Assembly (NCBI GenBank): GCA_964016885.1
Contig: OZ024742.1
Location: 299,150,001 to 299,214,000, forward strand
Direction of reading: 5' to 3'
Source: Eledone cirrhosa
Lineage: Eukaryota
Length of the DNA stretch: 64,000 bases
Below are positions 1-13,439 of the stretch, one piece after another. Position numbers and translations under genes: made by a program. Positions within the stretch are counted from its first letter, which is position 1; each line of letters opens with the position of its first letter. The notes under the pieces are model-generated. The model was not told where the DNA came from and made no database searches. It saw nothing but the letters and a program-made list of their open reading frames with translations.

Positions 1-1011
1 CCTTAAGTTCGTATCAAAGAGAGTTACTTCCCCGAAATAAATGACCATAGTGAAAATGTCTGCTACGCACTAAATCAATAATTCCCTGTTTTGTCGCAGA
101 TTCTTTATAGAATGCTCTAAATATCCCGAATCCGAAGCTATATTTGACAAACCATCCTCACCATGTTAATTTGAATAAGACATTAAATTGAACAAAAAAT
201 GTTTTAATGGATGATTTAATTCGAACACACACATACACATACACACACACAAACAAACACACACACACACACACACACAAACACACACGTACACATATAT
301 ATATATAAATCCTTACGACCCCCAAGAATAAGTGGGCGAAGAAGAATTGTGTGTATATATGTATGTATGTACGTACGTATGTATGTACCTGTGTGTATGT
401 GTGTGTGATGTATTTTTTTTTTGTGTGTATGTGGACAACATTTCTCGCCGGTTCTAGAGGTTGTGTATGAGGTTATTGCATTCGTAAGCGGGTCGAAGTA
501 AAAGGAAACACTGATCCTTAATTGTTAGATGAATTTCTGATGAATGGCAGATTCTAGTAACCATATAGGAGCTGGGAATAGTAGCATAATATAAAGATTA
601 CTACTGACTTAGTGAACCTAAGATCATGAAATCAATCGACAGCATGGCGTTGTGTTCTTGAGTAAGATATTTATTTCCCATTGCTTCATTCCACACAGCT
701 GGAAAACATTAGTTGTGCATGCATTTCAAAAGGCCAGCCTTGTCACACATTGTGACAGGTTGTATCTCCCTGAGAATTATGTTAGGGTTGCACAAGTCTG
801 TGTGGAATGCTCAGTCACTTACACGTTAATTACACGAACAGGCTGTTCAATTGATCAAACAACTAGAGAGACATGTCGTCAGAACCGATGCAGCTCCATC
901 ACATCAGTTGTTTAATTTTTGGTAGATAACCTATTCCATGTATATTTAAATATTTTAAATTCAGAGTGATCAATTTAGAAGGATCGGAAACACATATTAG
1001 TACATAATAAC

Positions 1012-1304
1012 CAGAGTTGCATTTAGACTTTTTGGGCCCAGGGCATTTCAGGTATGGGTACCCCTCATACACAAAAAATATTAGCATACACAGCCCCCCT
1101 CCCCCCAATTTTACATAACAAAGTTAGCTTGGCACAAGTACTTGGAAATGAAAAGTTATACAGACAGGTATTAAATTCAAACGATCTAACCCTCCTAAAA
1201 CTAAAAGACCCAGCTGAGGGTACAAATAAATTTCTACCGCCATCGCTTGTGGAGTCTCTCACTGCAGGGGGCCCGAGGCAACCCCCACATTAAATCCAAC
1301 CCTG
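1012..1304. mobile_element. Non-autonomous DNA transposon (MITE), hAT-like
   Basis: 14-bp imperfect TIRs (cagagttgcattta / taaatccaaccctg) flanked by an 8-bp direct repeat ataataac (1004-1011, 1305-1312). An 8-bp TSD is typical of hAT. Confidence 0.75.
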
Positions 1305-1673
1305 ATAATAACATCATATGTGATAAAGAATCGTCCTCAGTTAATGAATACATCAGAGCCATGCGCAGCATATTATACTCATGAATATAAATAAACGCAC
1401 ACTGTCTTTCATTATTCCGATATCAATAAAATAAATTTTGCGATCAGTTTAATCGATTTTTCTCGGGAAGGCAACGGTTGTTAATGGTTATCGATTTCTA
1501 ATTAGCACTTTTTTTTATCAATAGATATTCGAATGTATGCTTAAGAACACACACAGCCAAACTGGGCAATAACCGTATAAGTTTCCCATGTGTGAGAAGG
1601 CCAGTATATACAATGGTCACTGCCGTTGCCTGAGAATTAAACCATGCACGGGGTCATTGTTCTAAAAGCCATG

Positions 1674-1717
<44 letters not shown>

Positions 1718-1733
1718 CGTAGAACAAATATTT

Positions 1734-1868
1734 ATTATAAGAACAGATTAAAGTTTAAGCAAATAATCTCTGCTTTCACCCTTAACAAGATCTTCTGAAC
1801 TTCTGAAGATCCCGTTAAGGGTAAAAGCAGCGATTCTTTGCTTGAACTTTAATCTGTTCTTTTAATAC
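1734..1868. mobile_element. Palindromic PLE terminal-repeat remnant (family also at 39640-39780 and 51474-51740)
   Basis: Inverted repeat centred near 1800 between (TA)n tracts. Carries the motif C(T/A)GAAGA-tccc-gttaa-gggt-GAAA. The same sequence adjoins the 3' end of the PLE copy at 39640-40806. Confidence 0.7.
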
Positions 1869-1880
1869 ATATATATATAT

Positions 1881-2175
1881 AAGGAAAAGAAATCGAATAT
1901 GCGACTGGAGTATTTTTAAGAATATTTATTTATTTCCTTTACCCGTTTTACAGCTCTTATGCTTTTCAAAAGTATAATTGAGATGGAGGGTTTGTGGTAT
2001 GTCTCGCATCCATCTCAATTATACTTTTAAAAAGTATAAGAACTGTGAAACCGGTAAAGGAAATAAATATTCTTAAAAAGACTCAAGTTACATTTTCTAT
2101 TTCTTTTCCCTATACTTTCACCCGTGTAAGACATCTCGTTTTTTTTGTTTAAAAAAAAAAAGAAAATCTCATTTT
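1881..2175. mobile_element. Palindromic PLE-type short element (second copy 36045-36240)
   Basis: ~105-bp inverted arms. Consensus across copies is TTGAAAA-GCA..TGY-GAAA-CCGG-TA, a hammerhead-like U3-A8 core. Confidence 0.6.
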
Positions 2176-2227
<52 letters not shown>

Positions 2228-2290
2228 ACTTTATGAGGAACCAGCTACACGCCAGGATATCTATAGGATCAGCCAAAATTATATTAATAA

Positions 2291-2568
2291 TAATTGTTTC
2301 TACATTTGGCACAAGGCCAGCAATTATCCCAGTGCATTACTGGTGCTTTATTTTATCAACCCCGTAAGGATGAAAAGCAAAGTTAACCTCGGCGGGATTT
2401 GAACTCAGAACGTAAAGAAATCATGGCGACCGACCCTCTACCGATACTGCCAATCCACCACCCTATATATTAATAATAATTGTTTCTACGTTAGGCACAA
2501 GGCCAGCAAATAACCAGTGTATTACTGGTACTTTATTTTATCGACCCCGTAAGGATGAAAGGCAAAAT
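2291..2568 (-). mobile_element. tRNA-derived SINE, two copies (one partial)
   Basis: Reverse complement of the family consensus: A box tggcagtatcgg, B box gttcaaatcc, central gcctttcatccttacggggtcgataaaataaagtaccag, (att)n tail. Confidence 0.9.
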
Positions 2569-2699
2569 GATTTCTATTATTGGAAACAGGAATCCGTGGA
2601 GTTAAAAGGACGGGGAAATCGACAAGGGGAAAACATATATAACAATAATATTACTAGATAGTAATAATGGTGACATTAACCACAGTAACAATAATAATA

Positions 2700-2768
<69 letters not shown>

Positions 2769-3321
2769 CAACAATGCGCTTTGTTTTATGTTATTGCACT
2801 ATTGCTTAACCTATGTCAAGTTTTTAATGACGGCTAACTCTTTCGGGAATGGAGTGCTATCTTTCATAAAATTATTTGACATATGACTTATATTTCTGGC
2901 CTACACACACATACACTACACTACACACGCGCACACACACACATACACACACACACACAAACACACACAATTATATATGTCAATACCCAATTCACTATGT
3001 CTTATAGCTAAAAACTAAAAATATGAAGTTTTGATCTAATTTTAAAAAATGACAAAACCAACTATTTTAAAGAAGATTAATAATAAATATATGCAACAAG
3101 CGTAGAACATTTTGCAAACAAAAAATATATTGTTTCTCTATAATAATTATTCTTGGGGTATTTATTAAAATCCGATTTCCAGTTGTAAATGGTTAAGCTC
3201 TGATCTATAATGTAGCAACATATTTAAAGGGACCTTAGATCAGTTTTACAAGCGATAGACTAGAATTGTTTGTATCCAGATGGTTGTAATAAGAAGTATG
3301 TTCTGTAAAGATGGATCGAGG

Positions 3322-3426
<105 letters not shown>

Positions 3427-3604
3427 GTAGAACAATAAAACTATGCATATATCAGATAAGTAGCACTCAACATTTTTAGGCCTCATATCATGTTACCTTA
3501 TTTTATCTGATGAGAACAAATTTTGTGTCCCAGGATGATGTTGTTTTCGACATGCGCATAATAAAATATATAGAACATTTTTAACCATCTTTTAGTTTCT
3601 TCTT

Positions 3605-3646
<42 letters not shown>

Positions 3647-3654
3647 AAAATAAA

Positions 3655-3898
3655 ACAAGGATGAGTGGTTACTCCTTCATTACATTTATTGTTTGGTGAC
3701 GCGCGTTTCGCCACCGATCAGCTCAAGGTTAGATCTGTATCGATTCCGCCCGACTCTGTAATCGTCAGACCCCTTTTAGTGGTAATGAAAAAAAATTATA
3801 ATACACTCTGTCTAGCTCTACATCTCGACACAGAAGTGAACCTAAACATTGAGTGCTCACCCGGGTGAACCTACAGTAACTCCACGTTACACTCACTG

Positions 3899-3941
<43 letters not shown>

Positions 3942-4095
3942 ATAAATATATGTATAGCATTTTAAAGGGTCCGTCGAGCTGCCGATCATTGAGTCGGCTA
4001 GGATCGATACAGATCGAACCTTGAGCTGATCAGTGGCGAAACGCGCGTCACCAACCACAAAATGTAATGAAGGAGTAACCAATCGTTCTTGTTAT
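3655..4095. mobile_element. Inverted-repeat PLE-type element with hammerhead motifs in both arms
   Basis: Arms ~3655-3770 and ~3980-4095 are reverse complements. GAAA-CGCGCG-TC in both. CTGACGA is intact on the minus strand (3762-3768). Confidence 0.65.
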
Positions 4096-5967
4096 CCTTT
4101 CAATATATATATATATATATATATATTTGAAAACACCAGTAAAGTAGTTAATTTCCTTTAGACTTGTCTACGGGTATCTACCAACCTTACCATAAACCTA
4201 ACCAAAACTTACATTACATACACTCACAATCCAATCACCCTAGATCTATCCTTAAAAACCTAGCATATAATATCTCACTCAGAATGTCTAACCTTTCATC
4301 TAACCAGGATGCATTCGATAAAAATGCGCCCTTTTATAACGAAGCTTTAGCTAGAAGCGGCCACAAAAACAAATTAGTCTATATACCTTGTACCAATAAT
4401 ACTTCAAACATACAACCCAACATTACCAACAAACACCAAATGAAAAACACACACCTAAATGCCACTCACACTACACCCAAAAATACCAACCTAAAACTTA
4501 ATTTCTCTACCTCTTCTCGCATACAATATAATAACTTTAAAAAAAACACATTCATCCTAATACTCCAATATACGTTAATAACATTACTAACAACATTCCT
4601 AATAATCAGACTAAAACACCTAAATCAGTTAATCTAACTAAACCTATATATAATAAATTCACTAATACTAACTCTCTTAGTAAACATCCTGATACATCGT
4701 ATAAATATAAAAAACAACATCGAAACCGTAATAGACGAGTTACTTGGTATAATGCTCCATTTAATCTACAAATTAAAGATAATATCCCTGAAAAAACTTT
4801 TACTATCTTAGAGAAAAACTTCCCGCCCGACCATAAATACCATCAAATTTTAAATAGATCAACGGTCAAATATTCCTACTCCACTACCAAAAATATACAA
4901 CAAAATATAAGTGCCTACAATGCATATAAATGTAAAAAAAAAACATGAATATACCACCAACACATCAAACTAACCGTAATACTAAAATAAACCGCAACAA
5001 ACCACCATCTCCTTCACATATAACAAGTCGAGTAAATTCCACATCAAATTTGACTAACTCCCCTGATATAATATTCACGAATGGTTGTAACTGTAGAAAC
5101 AAATGAAATTGCCCATTAAAGGGAAATTATCTTATTAATAACATAGTATATAAATGTAAAATTAGCACTAAGGACTCAATTTATTCATATATATGAGCTA
5201 TTTCTAACCAATTTAAAGTAAGTTTTAATACCCACAAACATTGTTTTAAAAATGCCGCATTAGCTAATACAACATCCTTGGCTGAAATAATTAATAATTA
5301 TAGAAAAAAGAATATCGATTATAACCTGACCTGGAGTGTGCTCAAAAGGGCCACCCCTTATCAAAATAACAGATATGAGTGTAGATTATGTTCCCAGGAA
5401 CTTTTTGAAATAATGAAATCTAAGGATATCCTATTAAATAAGCGACAGGAATTAATTATATCGTGCAATCATAGAATTAGAAGAACTTTCAAATTTTATA
5501 CACCTAATTAATATACACCTTACACTTATATTTTACAAATTATTATAATTAGTTTCTTTAATTTAGTTAACCTATAATTGGTATTTTACTACTGAGAACT
5601 TCATAATTTCATTTCCCTTTTACAGCTCTCTTTTCTTAAAATTAATACCTATAAGTATACATATAAACTATTTTAATTTCCTGTTATGAATCTAAATTCC
5701 TTGTAGTCTATATAAGTTTGTTATTTCTCACTAATACATTTATTCAAACATTTTTTTCCTTCGTTTTTAACAACATTCTTTAATAACATCTAACTCTTAT
5801 TTATCACATATAAATTTATCCCTATAAGTATACCTATCAATTAAATTAATTTAATTTCTTGTTATAGATCTAAATTTCTTGTATTTTAAATAAGATTGGT
5901 ATTTCTCACTAACACATTTACCCTAAAATTTTATTCTCATTCGATTTTAACACTAGCATTATTCTTT

Positions 5968-6140
5968 GGCAGTATCAGTAGAGGGTCGGACGCCATGCTT
6001 TCCAGCATAGTTACGTCCCTTTACGATCTGAATTCAAATCCCGCCGAGGTTGACTTTGCCTTTCATCCTTACGGGGTCGATAAAATAAAGTACCAGTAAT
6101 GCACTGGGTAATTGCTGGCCTTGAGCCTAAAGTAGAAACA
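5968..6140 (+). mobile_element. tRNA-derived SINE inserted in PLE
   Basis: Family match. TSD attattcttt at 5958-5967 and 6141-6150. The site is empty in the PLE copy near 40170. Confidence 0.92.
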
Positions 6141-6411
6141 ATTATTCTTTAATAACATCAAATTTTCGTGTACCTTTCACCGGCTTGAGCTCTTTTCATC
6201 CCCAAAGTAATCTTTTCATTCAAAGTATTCTTTCCATTCAAAACTTAAATCTGCATTCCTCTACCCCTAAATTAAATTTCTACAACTACTATTCTATCAA
6301 CTTGACCACTTACTACTTTTCTATTGGTCAATTCAAAACTTGTTCCAAAACAGACCTATTATATTAAATCTTTGTTGGTTTTTTCAATAAACAAATATCA
6401 TTATTTCTGAA

Positions 6412-6597
6412 GTGGATTGCCAGTATCGGTAGAGGGTCGGACGCCATGCTTTGACGCATAGAGTTACGGCCCTTGCCATTCTGAGTTCAAATCCCGCTGA
6501 GGTTAACTTTGCCTTTCATCCTTACGGGGTCGATAAAATAAAGTACCAGTAATACACTGGTTAATTGCTGGCCTTGTGGCAAAAGTAGAAACAATTA
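6412..6597 (+). mobile_element. tRNA-derived SINE inserted in PLE
   Basis: Family match. Imperfect TSD attatttctgaag. The site is empty in the copy near 39915. Confidence 0.9.
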
Positions 6598-6740
6598 TTT
6601 CTAAAGACAGCATATATATGTGTAGGTATGTATATTTCCTCTGATAGTTTGTACAATTTTTACATAGATCTATATGATTTACATACCAACGACACATATA
6701 TATCCTAGAAACGATCGTAAAATGATGAATTTTTTTATTA

Positions 6741-6791
<51 letters not shown>

Positions 6792-6794
<3 letters not shown>

Positions 6795-7139
6795 CATATT
6801 ATAAAGTAAGAAGAGATAATAGACACAGATATAAACCTATTTTTTCTTCAATGTCCCGACTGTACAGTTTTTCTGGTCACTATGCAAAAATCTTATATCA
6901 TAGAGATGTAACATTGTTGTGAGGTAAGCCAGCTTTTCAAGGGAACACCTCAGGGAAAGAGCGTGTCTGGAAGCGTTCTTTCCCTAAGGTGTTCCCTTCA
7001 AAAGCTGGCTTACCCCACAACAATGTTACATCTCTTTCATATAAGATTTTTGCATAGTGACCAGCGAAACTGTACAGTCGGGACATTGAAGAAAAAATAG
7101 GTTTATGTCTATTATCTCTTCTTACTTTATAATATGTTA
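6792..7139. mobile_element. ~350-bp palindromic PLE-type element
   Basis: Near-perfect ~170-bp inverted arms next to (TA)n. The right arm has GAAA-CTGTACAG-TC (hammerhead 3' half). Confidence 0.7.
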
Positions 7140-7318
7140 CATAGCTCTGATATTGAGTCAATTTAATTATCTCGATTATCTTGTCTCTCATAATCATAGA
7201 GCAACACTGGTTAAGGTCGACAACACACAATCTCACATACTTGTGAAAAAAAAATATGTGTATATATACATGTGTATGTATGTATGCACATATATCTGTG
7301 TACCTCTCATTATTATAT

Positions 7319-7508
7319 GCGGTGGATTGCCAGTATCGGTAGAGGGTCGGACCCCATGCTTTCCAGCACAGTTACGTCCCTTTACGGTCTGAGTTCAAAT
7401 CAGGCCGAGGTTCACTTTGCCTTTCATTCTTACGGGGTCGATAAAATAAAGTACCAGTAATGTACTGGGTAATTGCTGGCCTTGTGCCAAAAGTAGAAAC
7501 AATTATTA
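7319..7508 (+). mobile_element. tRNA-derived SINE
   Basis: Full-length family match with A/B boxes and att tail. Confidence 0.9.
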
Positions 7509-7879
7509 TATATATATATATATATATATATACTAATTTTATTAATTTTAAATGGTGAGGAGTGTTGTTACTCTGGAGTTTTGCGTGTTTATCACAGGGT
7601 CATCAGACATCTTGCCTGATGACACTGTGATAACAAACTGTTAGTCGTAGGGAGGCTAGGAAGATGACAGATCAGGGAATTACGTGATGTATGTTTAGGT
7701 ATAGAGTTAACATAGAAATTAACAAAATCCTTTAAAATTTTACTAATTCATGTATATATATATATACATACATACATATATATATATATATCAACATGAA
7801 AGTACAACGAAAAGAATAACACAATATTAATGAAGTATTACTGCAACAGCTTCTTCCACTTCGTTTGATCCCTGCACCG

Positions 7880-9320
7880 GTGACACTGCCCGTCATGCCT
7901 ATCAACGGTGACACCACAGGTAGTCACCAGCGCCCGACCCAAGGGGGACCTGAACCCGCTCGACTCGGACGAGTGTCTGGTGGCTATCTCCCGCCTCAGA
8001 CAGTCATGGAGAGTCATCATCAGGATCCGCAGTTCTGCCTGCACTCCTGTGGCTGAAGCGCTAGCGACTTCAATCAACCGAGCGCTTGACTCGGGCGACC
8101 CACGGGACTGGACTAGATTGTTCTGTATTGCTACTCTCCTATTCGGGACCTCGTTGGTGGAGAACCTGACGGCGAGAGACAAATCTGCCCCTTCCCTGGC
8201 TTCGAGGCTCAAGGGCAATGTTTCTGCAACCCTTCGACCGCGAGCCTCCCGGCACTTTTGTGGTGCCCACCAGTGCCAACACAACGGATGTTTTTCCAGC
8301 GCATTCGCCTCATGACTAACGCCTTCACTCCGCTCTCTGCTATTCGCTCCTATTCACGCTTCGATTAGCTTCGGATCTGCTTTACCTGCCTACCTCTCCT
8401 CCATCTCCTCCAGTCACGCTCTTGCCAGTGAGATTGTCAGCCAGACTGCCGAAACCTGACCTGGCCCCTCAGATGGAATAGGCTCTGGTCTACTGGACAG
8501 GCGAACGCTTCTCTCTCCCCCAATATACTACGGTCCAACGTAACTGGGATGACATCAATTGCAGGTCTTTTGTCAAGCAGATTAAGTTTGGTTTGGACCA
8601 ACACCGCCTCGCTTGCCTCCGCTCCGCTTCTCAGCCCAACAGCGGTGCATGGCTCCATTTGGGTCTCTCTTCATCAACCGGTACCCTTCTTGATGATGAG
8701 TGCACTCGTATCGGAGTAGACCAACGCCTTGGCCTCCGCGTGTGTGAGCCACATATATTCCGGGTGACTGTTGATAAGTTCGGCCTGCACCCTCTGTTTT
8801 TCCGTCAGAGCGCAGGCCAGTTCCCCCGATATGCTGCTCTCAATGACATATTGAGAAGGAGAATGGATGCTGCTGGCTTTCCATCTCAACTGGAACCAGC
8901 AGGCATAGACGGCAGAGGTAGCAAGAACCCTGACGGAACCACTCTCTTCTCATTGAAAGGAGGTAGATCCCTCATCTGGGACGCAACCTGCTGCGACACG
9001 TTCTCTGCCTCCAACTTAGTCGCTTCGGCCACAAACCCGGCATCACGGCCCGCCACGCAGAAGTACGTAAAATAAACGAGGTTTGTCCCGCTGCTTCCTC
9101 TTCGCATCGGTCACCGTCGAGACCTCAGGCGTACTTGCACCCCATACAGCCGAGTTGCTCCGAAAGTTCGGAACGTTGACGGCCTGTCTGAAGAAGGAGC
9201 CCAGCGAGTTTGGATGGCTGTTGCAGTGGGTGTCACTGGTCATTGTCTGCGAGAATGCATTTGAGGTTTTGTCCGCGAGTCGCAGCGCTTCTTCCCCATG
9301 CTCTAGGCCCAAAGCACAAT
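7880..9320 (+). mobile_element. Internally deleted, degenerate CRE-clade-like non-LTR retrotransposon (RLE endonuclease)
   Basis: GC-rich island. SGAWL...RLG..CEPH...LNDIL...LEP.G...K.PDG.T...LIWDAT..DT (8593-9075) matches the CRE-type zinc knuckle/PD-(D/E)xK region. A pre-RT segment lies at 7908-8290. RT core motifs not seen. Confidence 0.8.
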
Positions 9321-9596
9321 CGCCCTTCCCCTCTAATTCCCGTTTTTTTTTCTTTCTTTTTCTCTTTTGTCTCTATATCTCCCTATTCTTTTCTTTCTTT
9401 TGTTTCCTTTCTCTTTTTATTATTCCTTTATTATAGGTGTCATTATTATTATCATTATTATTAATGTAAATAAAACTTTCTTAATATCTACAATAGTTAA
9501 TGGAATTAGAAAAGTGTAAACATCTCGGACGCTAATTTTCCATCGGAAGAGAGAAATAGTGAGGAAGTCGATGTTTTGGAGAGTAAAACAAGGAAA

Positions 9597-9683
<87 letters not shown>

Positions 9684-9688
<5 letters not shown>

Positions 9689-9897
9689 CAAAGAGGGTGT
9701 GGTAAGATACCAGGTGGACCATAACGCACCAGCGTACTCGATACATAGGGTAGTAGAGTGGGTAATAGGAAAAGAGTCAGGACTCCGAGGGCTGAGCTCC
9801 GGCCATTTCGACAGCTTGATCGTAACTAAGCCTGGTGCCTTAGTTGGGATTTAGCTGTCGAAACGGCCGGAGCTTAGCCATCGGGGTCCTGACTCTT
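9684..9897. mobile_element. Palindromic ~190-210 bp element in (TA)n (family also 14729-14912, 26920-27111, 35736-35920, 53382-53520, 56631-56690)
   Basis: Shared sequence ...gaccccgacggctgagctc(a/c)..ccgtttcgac... with an inverted copy, flanked by TA repeats. Confidence 0.8.
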
Positions 9898-10295
9898 TAT
9901 ATATATATATGTGTGTGTGTGTGTGCGCGTATATATATAAACAGAAAACGAAGAATAACCTCGGACAGAGACATGAACTTTCCTCTGTAAATATGTATGT
10001 AAAAACTAATACTTTTTCTTCCCCATTTTATTATTATTCGTATAAATATGCAACCCAACTGCACTTTGAACATCTACCGTTGAAAAAGCATATAATGCTG
10101 AAACTGGTACCACAATTAAATGTGGAAATACCCACTTTATAAATATATGTTTTGATATTATACTGAAAAGATCCCTCCAGCATTTTCTACTGAATATTTT
10201 CCTTTTTACTATTTGTTTATATATATCAACTTTTCTACATTCTATATATCGCTTCATATATATTTTCTACATTATATATATCGCTTTTCTACATT

Positions 10296-10385
<90 letters not shown>

Positions 10386-10462
10386 TCTACGGCAGAGAGA
10401 AAGGAGTACTCTATACCGAAGTAGAGTTTTGATATGCATTAATAGTAAGGGTTAAAATGTGT

Positions 10463-10512
10463 TCTTGCCTGATGATCCTGTGATAAATAGGCGAAACTCC
10501 AGAGTAACAAGA
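10463..10512 (+). ncRNA. Type I hammerhead ribozyme-like motif (slightly degenerate)
   Basis: tcttg-c-CTGATGA-t-cctgt-gataa-atagg-c-GAAA-ctc-ca-gag-TA-a-caaga. Related degenerate inverted copies at 7565-7640. Confidence 0.65.
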
Positions 10513-10525
10513 CTCACTTTTTCAC

Positions 10526-10556
<31 letters not shown>

Positions 10557-11999
10557 CTATATACAAACTCTATTAAGCACTAAGCACTGTACTAATATAC
10601 CATTATTATAACGCTGGTTTAAGTATTGGATTGTGGAACACGTTGGGTATATAAAACCCCTTGAGACTGGACATTGACCCTCGCTGGAATCGAACACATC
10701 TGTCATATGCCAGATGTCTGCGTCTCCATTATACTCCAGTTTAAATCCCACCGAGATCAACTTTGCGCTCATCCTTTCGTGCTCGAGGAAGAAAGTAATA
10801 ACCCAAGATTGCTGCAGCTCTTACTCCTTTCAGCTGTAACATCCTTTATGTTTCGCTAGATTGAAAGAAGTTTAATCGAAAGGTTGTCTGTATTTGCTCC
10901 CATCAGCATGGACACCTGAACCCCTTAGCGAAACAATGGTACACGCTACCAAGCCATACCGCCTAGACCTACGATCGTAAGCCTAACAACCTAATCAGAA
11001 GATCATACATCTTCACTTAACGATACCCAAGGATTAGATGTTGGTGTTTAACCATGCGATGGATTAATGCTTAAACTCTCAGAAACAATACGGCACATCT
11101 GACCGGCTCCGCACAATTTTGGTCTACCTTATTTCACTCTCAATAGCTCGGTCGAACCGACGCTATTATGAATGGTCTTAGGTGCTTCACAGAGGAATGG
11201 AACCTAGAGTTACGTGGTTGGAAAGGGAACTTCTTAATGACATCGTCACACTTGTGTCATTTACACAAGAATTAAACAATAGGAGATCTGATGAGGACGA
11301 CAGAACATATAAAAAATAATTCATTCGTATCATAAAATGTAATTTATTTGTAAAACAGCTCCTGCAGTCCAAAACTGATGGTATAGCCTTAGTGTATTGG
11401 AAATATTTGATTCAATTCGTTCTTTGAAATATATTTTTGAATTCAAGGCAAATTTAACCTAATTTTTTTATCAACTCCATCCGGCAAATTCTCATAGTAT
11501 TTTTAATTGTATGAAAAAATGGAAATCAATAAGAATTATAGAAAATAGTAAAAAAATTGAGATTTTAGATTTTCTAGGATCGAAATATTATTTTTTAATA
11601 ATTCAAATGCAGTCATAAAAATACAATAATATAAAAACGCAAAATTTTATAGTTTTTTCTTTGTCAGTTTGCAACGGGCACGGTGAAGTATGCGTGACAT
11701 ATTTCGTTAATTGTAGTATATGTGTAGCATTGTACCATCATTATGGTACAATCATCTTTCAAAACTATTGATATGTGGGGAATACTGTGCCTACCGGATT
11801 GTACATCTCCCCTCACTCTTAAAGTGCAATCAACACTAAGAAAAAGAAATCTAGACCGTCAGACAAGCAGCACTAATTAGAGTGAAAAACACAAACAACA
11901 GGTTAGTAAGTAATAACACAACTTTCAATCCTTAAGGAAATCATTTACTAAAAAACATATTTGTGTTTTTAATAATTGATTAGTTAAATACAAGTGGCC

Positions 12000-12410
12000 G
12001 AAATGGGGTTCCTCCGAAGGGTCTTTGGAGAAAAGTTACTCGATAGAGTGCGTAGCTCAGAGATCAAAGATTCACTCTAAGCAGAGCCACTATTTCTCCA
12101 AATTGAGAGATCACAGCACCGATACTAAGGTCATGTCATTAGAATATCTCAGGAAAGAATCACTGAATATATTTTACCTGCAAAATCAATCGACAGGAGA
12201 CCCAGAACAAGATGGTTGAATAACATGCATCAGTTTGTCTGGTCTTGCTTGAAGATCCAACTGGATCAGCAGGAGACGATTGTCATCTGACAGGACCCAC
12301 TCGACGGAATGTTTGAGGACACAATTTTTATGGAAGAAAAATCAACAGCTTTTTGTATATGGATGGCCCCCAATTGTACACTACAAATAATAAACAAATA
12401 GAAACTGGGC
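12000..12410 (+). mobile_element. Highly degenerate RLE-type (R4-like) RT remnant
   Basis: INSFLYMDGPQLYTTNNKQIE near 12341-12405 resembles the ISHLLYMDDLKLY motif. Confidence 0.45.
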
Positions 12411-13439
12411 AAGAGGTATTATACAAATTTACTAGGGGAAAACTTAAAGTTAGTCAAATTAATTAAGAACTATTATTAAGTATAGCACATCTATATACGT
12501 AAACGTACCACACACACATACAAATACACTTACATGCATTGCGAAATTCATATTTTCTGGAGGGGTGGAGCGAGTGATCAATTCACAGCGGGTGCAAATG
12601 TACTCATTGATAGAGTAGTACTAAATATTATAGATCATTTTGAAACTAATTGTCTATGCAGAAGTAGTTTCTTAATTACAATTGTAGTCAGTTTTATGGC
12701 CTGGAAATGATCTACTTTTGGTATAAGGTGGCCACCCATTTATCACATATTCTGGACTTTCAAACACTCCTCCAACGAAAAGACATTGAGTGTTTCCTTC
12801 AATGAATCTGTATGTCATTTACAAGTGTTATAATATTGAACGGTGTGCGCAATATCAATCCACCGTTAAAATATAACTAGATTCAACATCACAGTTTGGA
12901 CCACCAGGTATATGTTGCTAATAAATTCCTTGTTTTCGTTGCGAATTTCAAAAAACGAGACATTTGTTGTGAATCTACAAAGATTAGATTGCCTACTGGC
13001 GTAATCAGATATTCTATACAATGAAAATAGCACAAGGAGATGACCAAGAGTTGTTAGCTGCACCACTATTTCTGTACATTTTATTGTAAAAAGTTCTACT
13101 ATAAACATATTCAAAAACATAATTATATTCAAACATGACAGCTTTATTGAAAACTGTAACCCATTTAAATATTTAAAAAAAATTGTTGTTCCTAATTTAC
13201 ACATTTGAGGCAGGAATACAAATTGGCTAATTTGCACATCCATTTATTTACTGACCTAATTGCTTTAAATATACACCTCAGCATACCAAATTTGATCAAT
13301 GTGTCATAAACAGAACATGAAATATTTTTTATGCATATTAATTAGCTGAACGTCGTTATTTAACGATCATATTTATATGCATATATCAGATAATTTTACT
13401 GAAAACCTACATTTTCTCGAACTTGTTGAATAAATACGC

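Larger units (their letters stand above)
4128..6740 (+). mobile_element. Degenerate 5'-truncated Penelope-like retroelement (Naiad-like RT thumb + GIY-YIG EN + AT-rich 3' region)
   Basis: YHKPNQNLHYIHSQSNHP...ALARSG (4164-4380), RVTWYNAPF...FPPDHKYHQILNRSTVKYSYS (~4730-4900), CNCRNK*NCPLKG, IVYKC, YI*A, WSVL...CRLC...LLNKRQELIISCNH (5085-5480). Several stops and frameshifts. Two SINE insertions in the 3' region. Confidence 0.88.

Noticed and set aside
5104-5200. In-frame TGA codons in the Naiad-like PLE as possible selenocysteine (some Naiads encode Sec)
   Set aside because: The TGAs fall at a non-Cys position (CNCRNK*NCP) and at the Gly of YIG. The element has other frameshifts, so decay is the simpler explanation.
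5968-6140. tRNA genes
   Set aside because: A/B boxes belong to SINE heads; there is no cloverleaf, and they are followed by the SINE body and tail.
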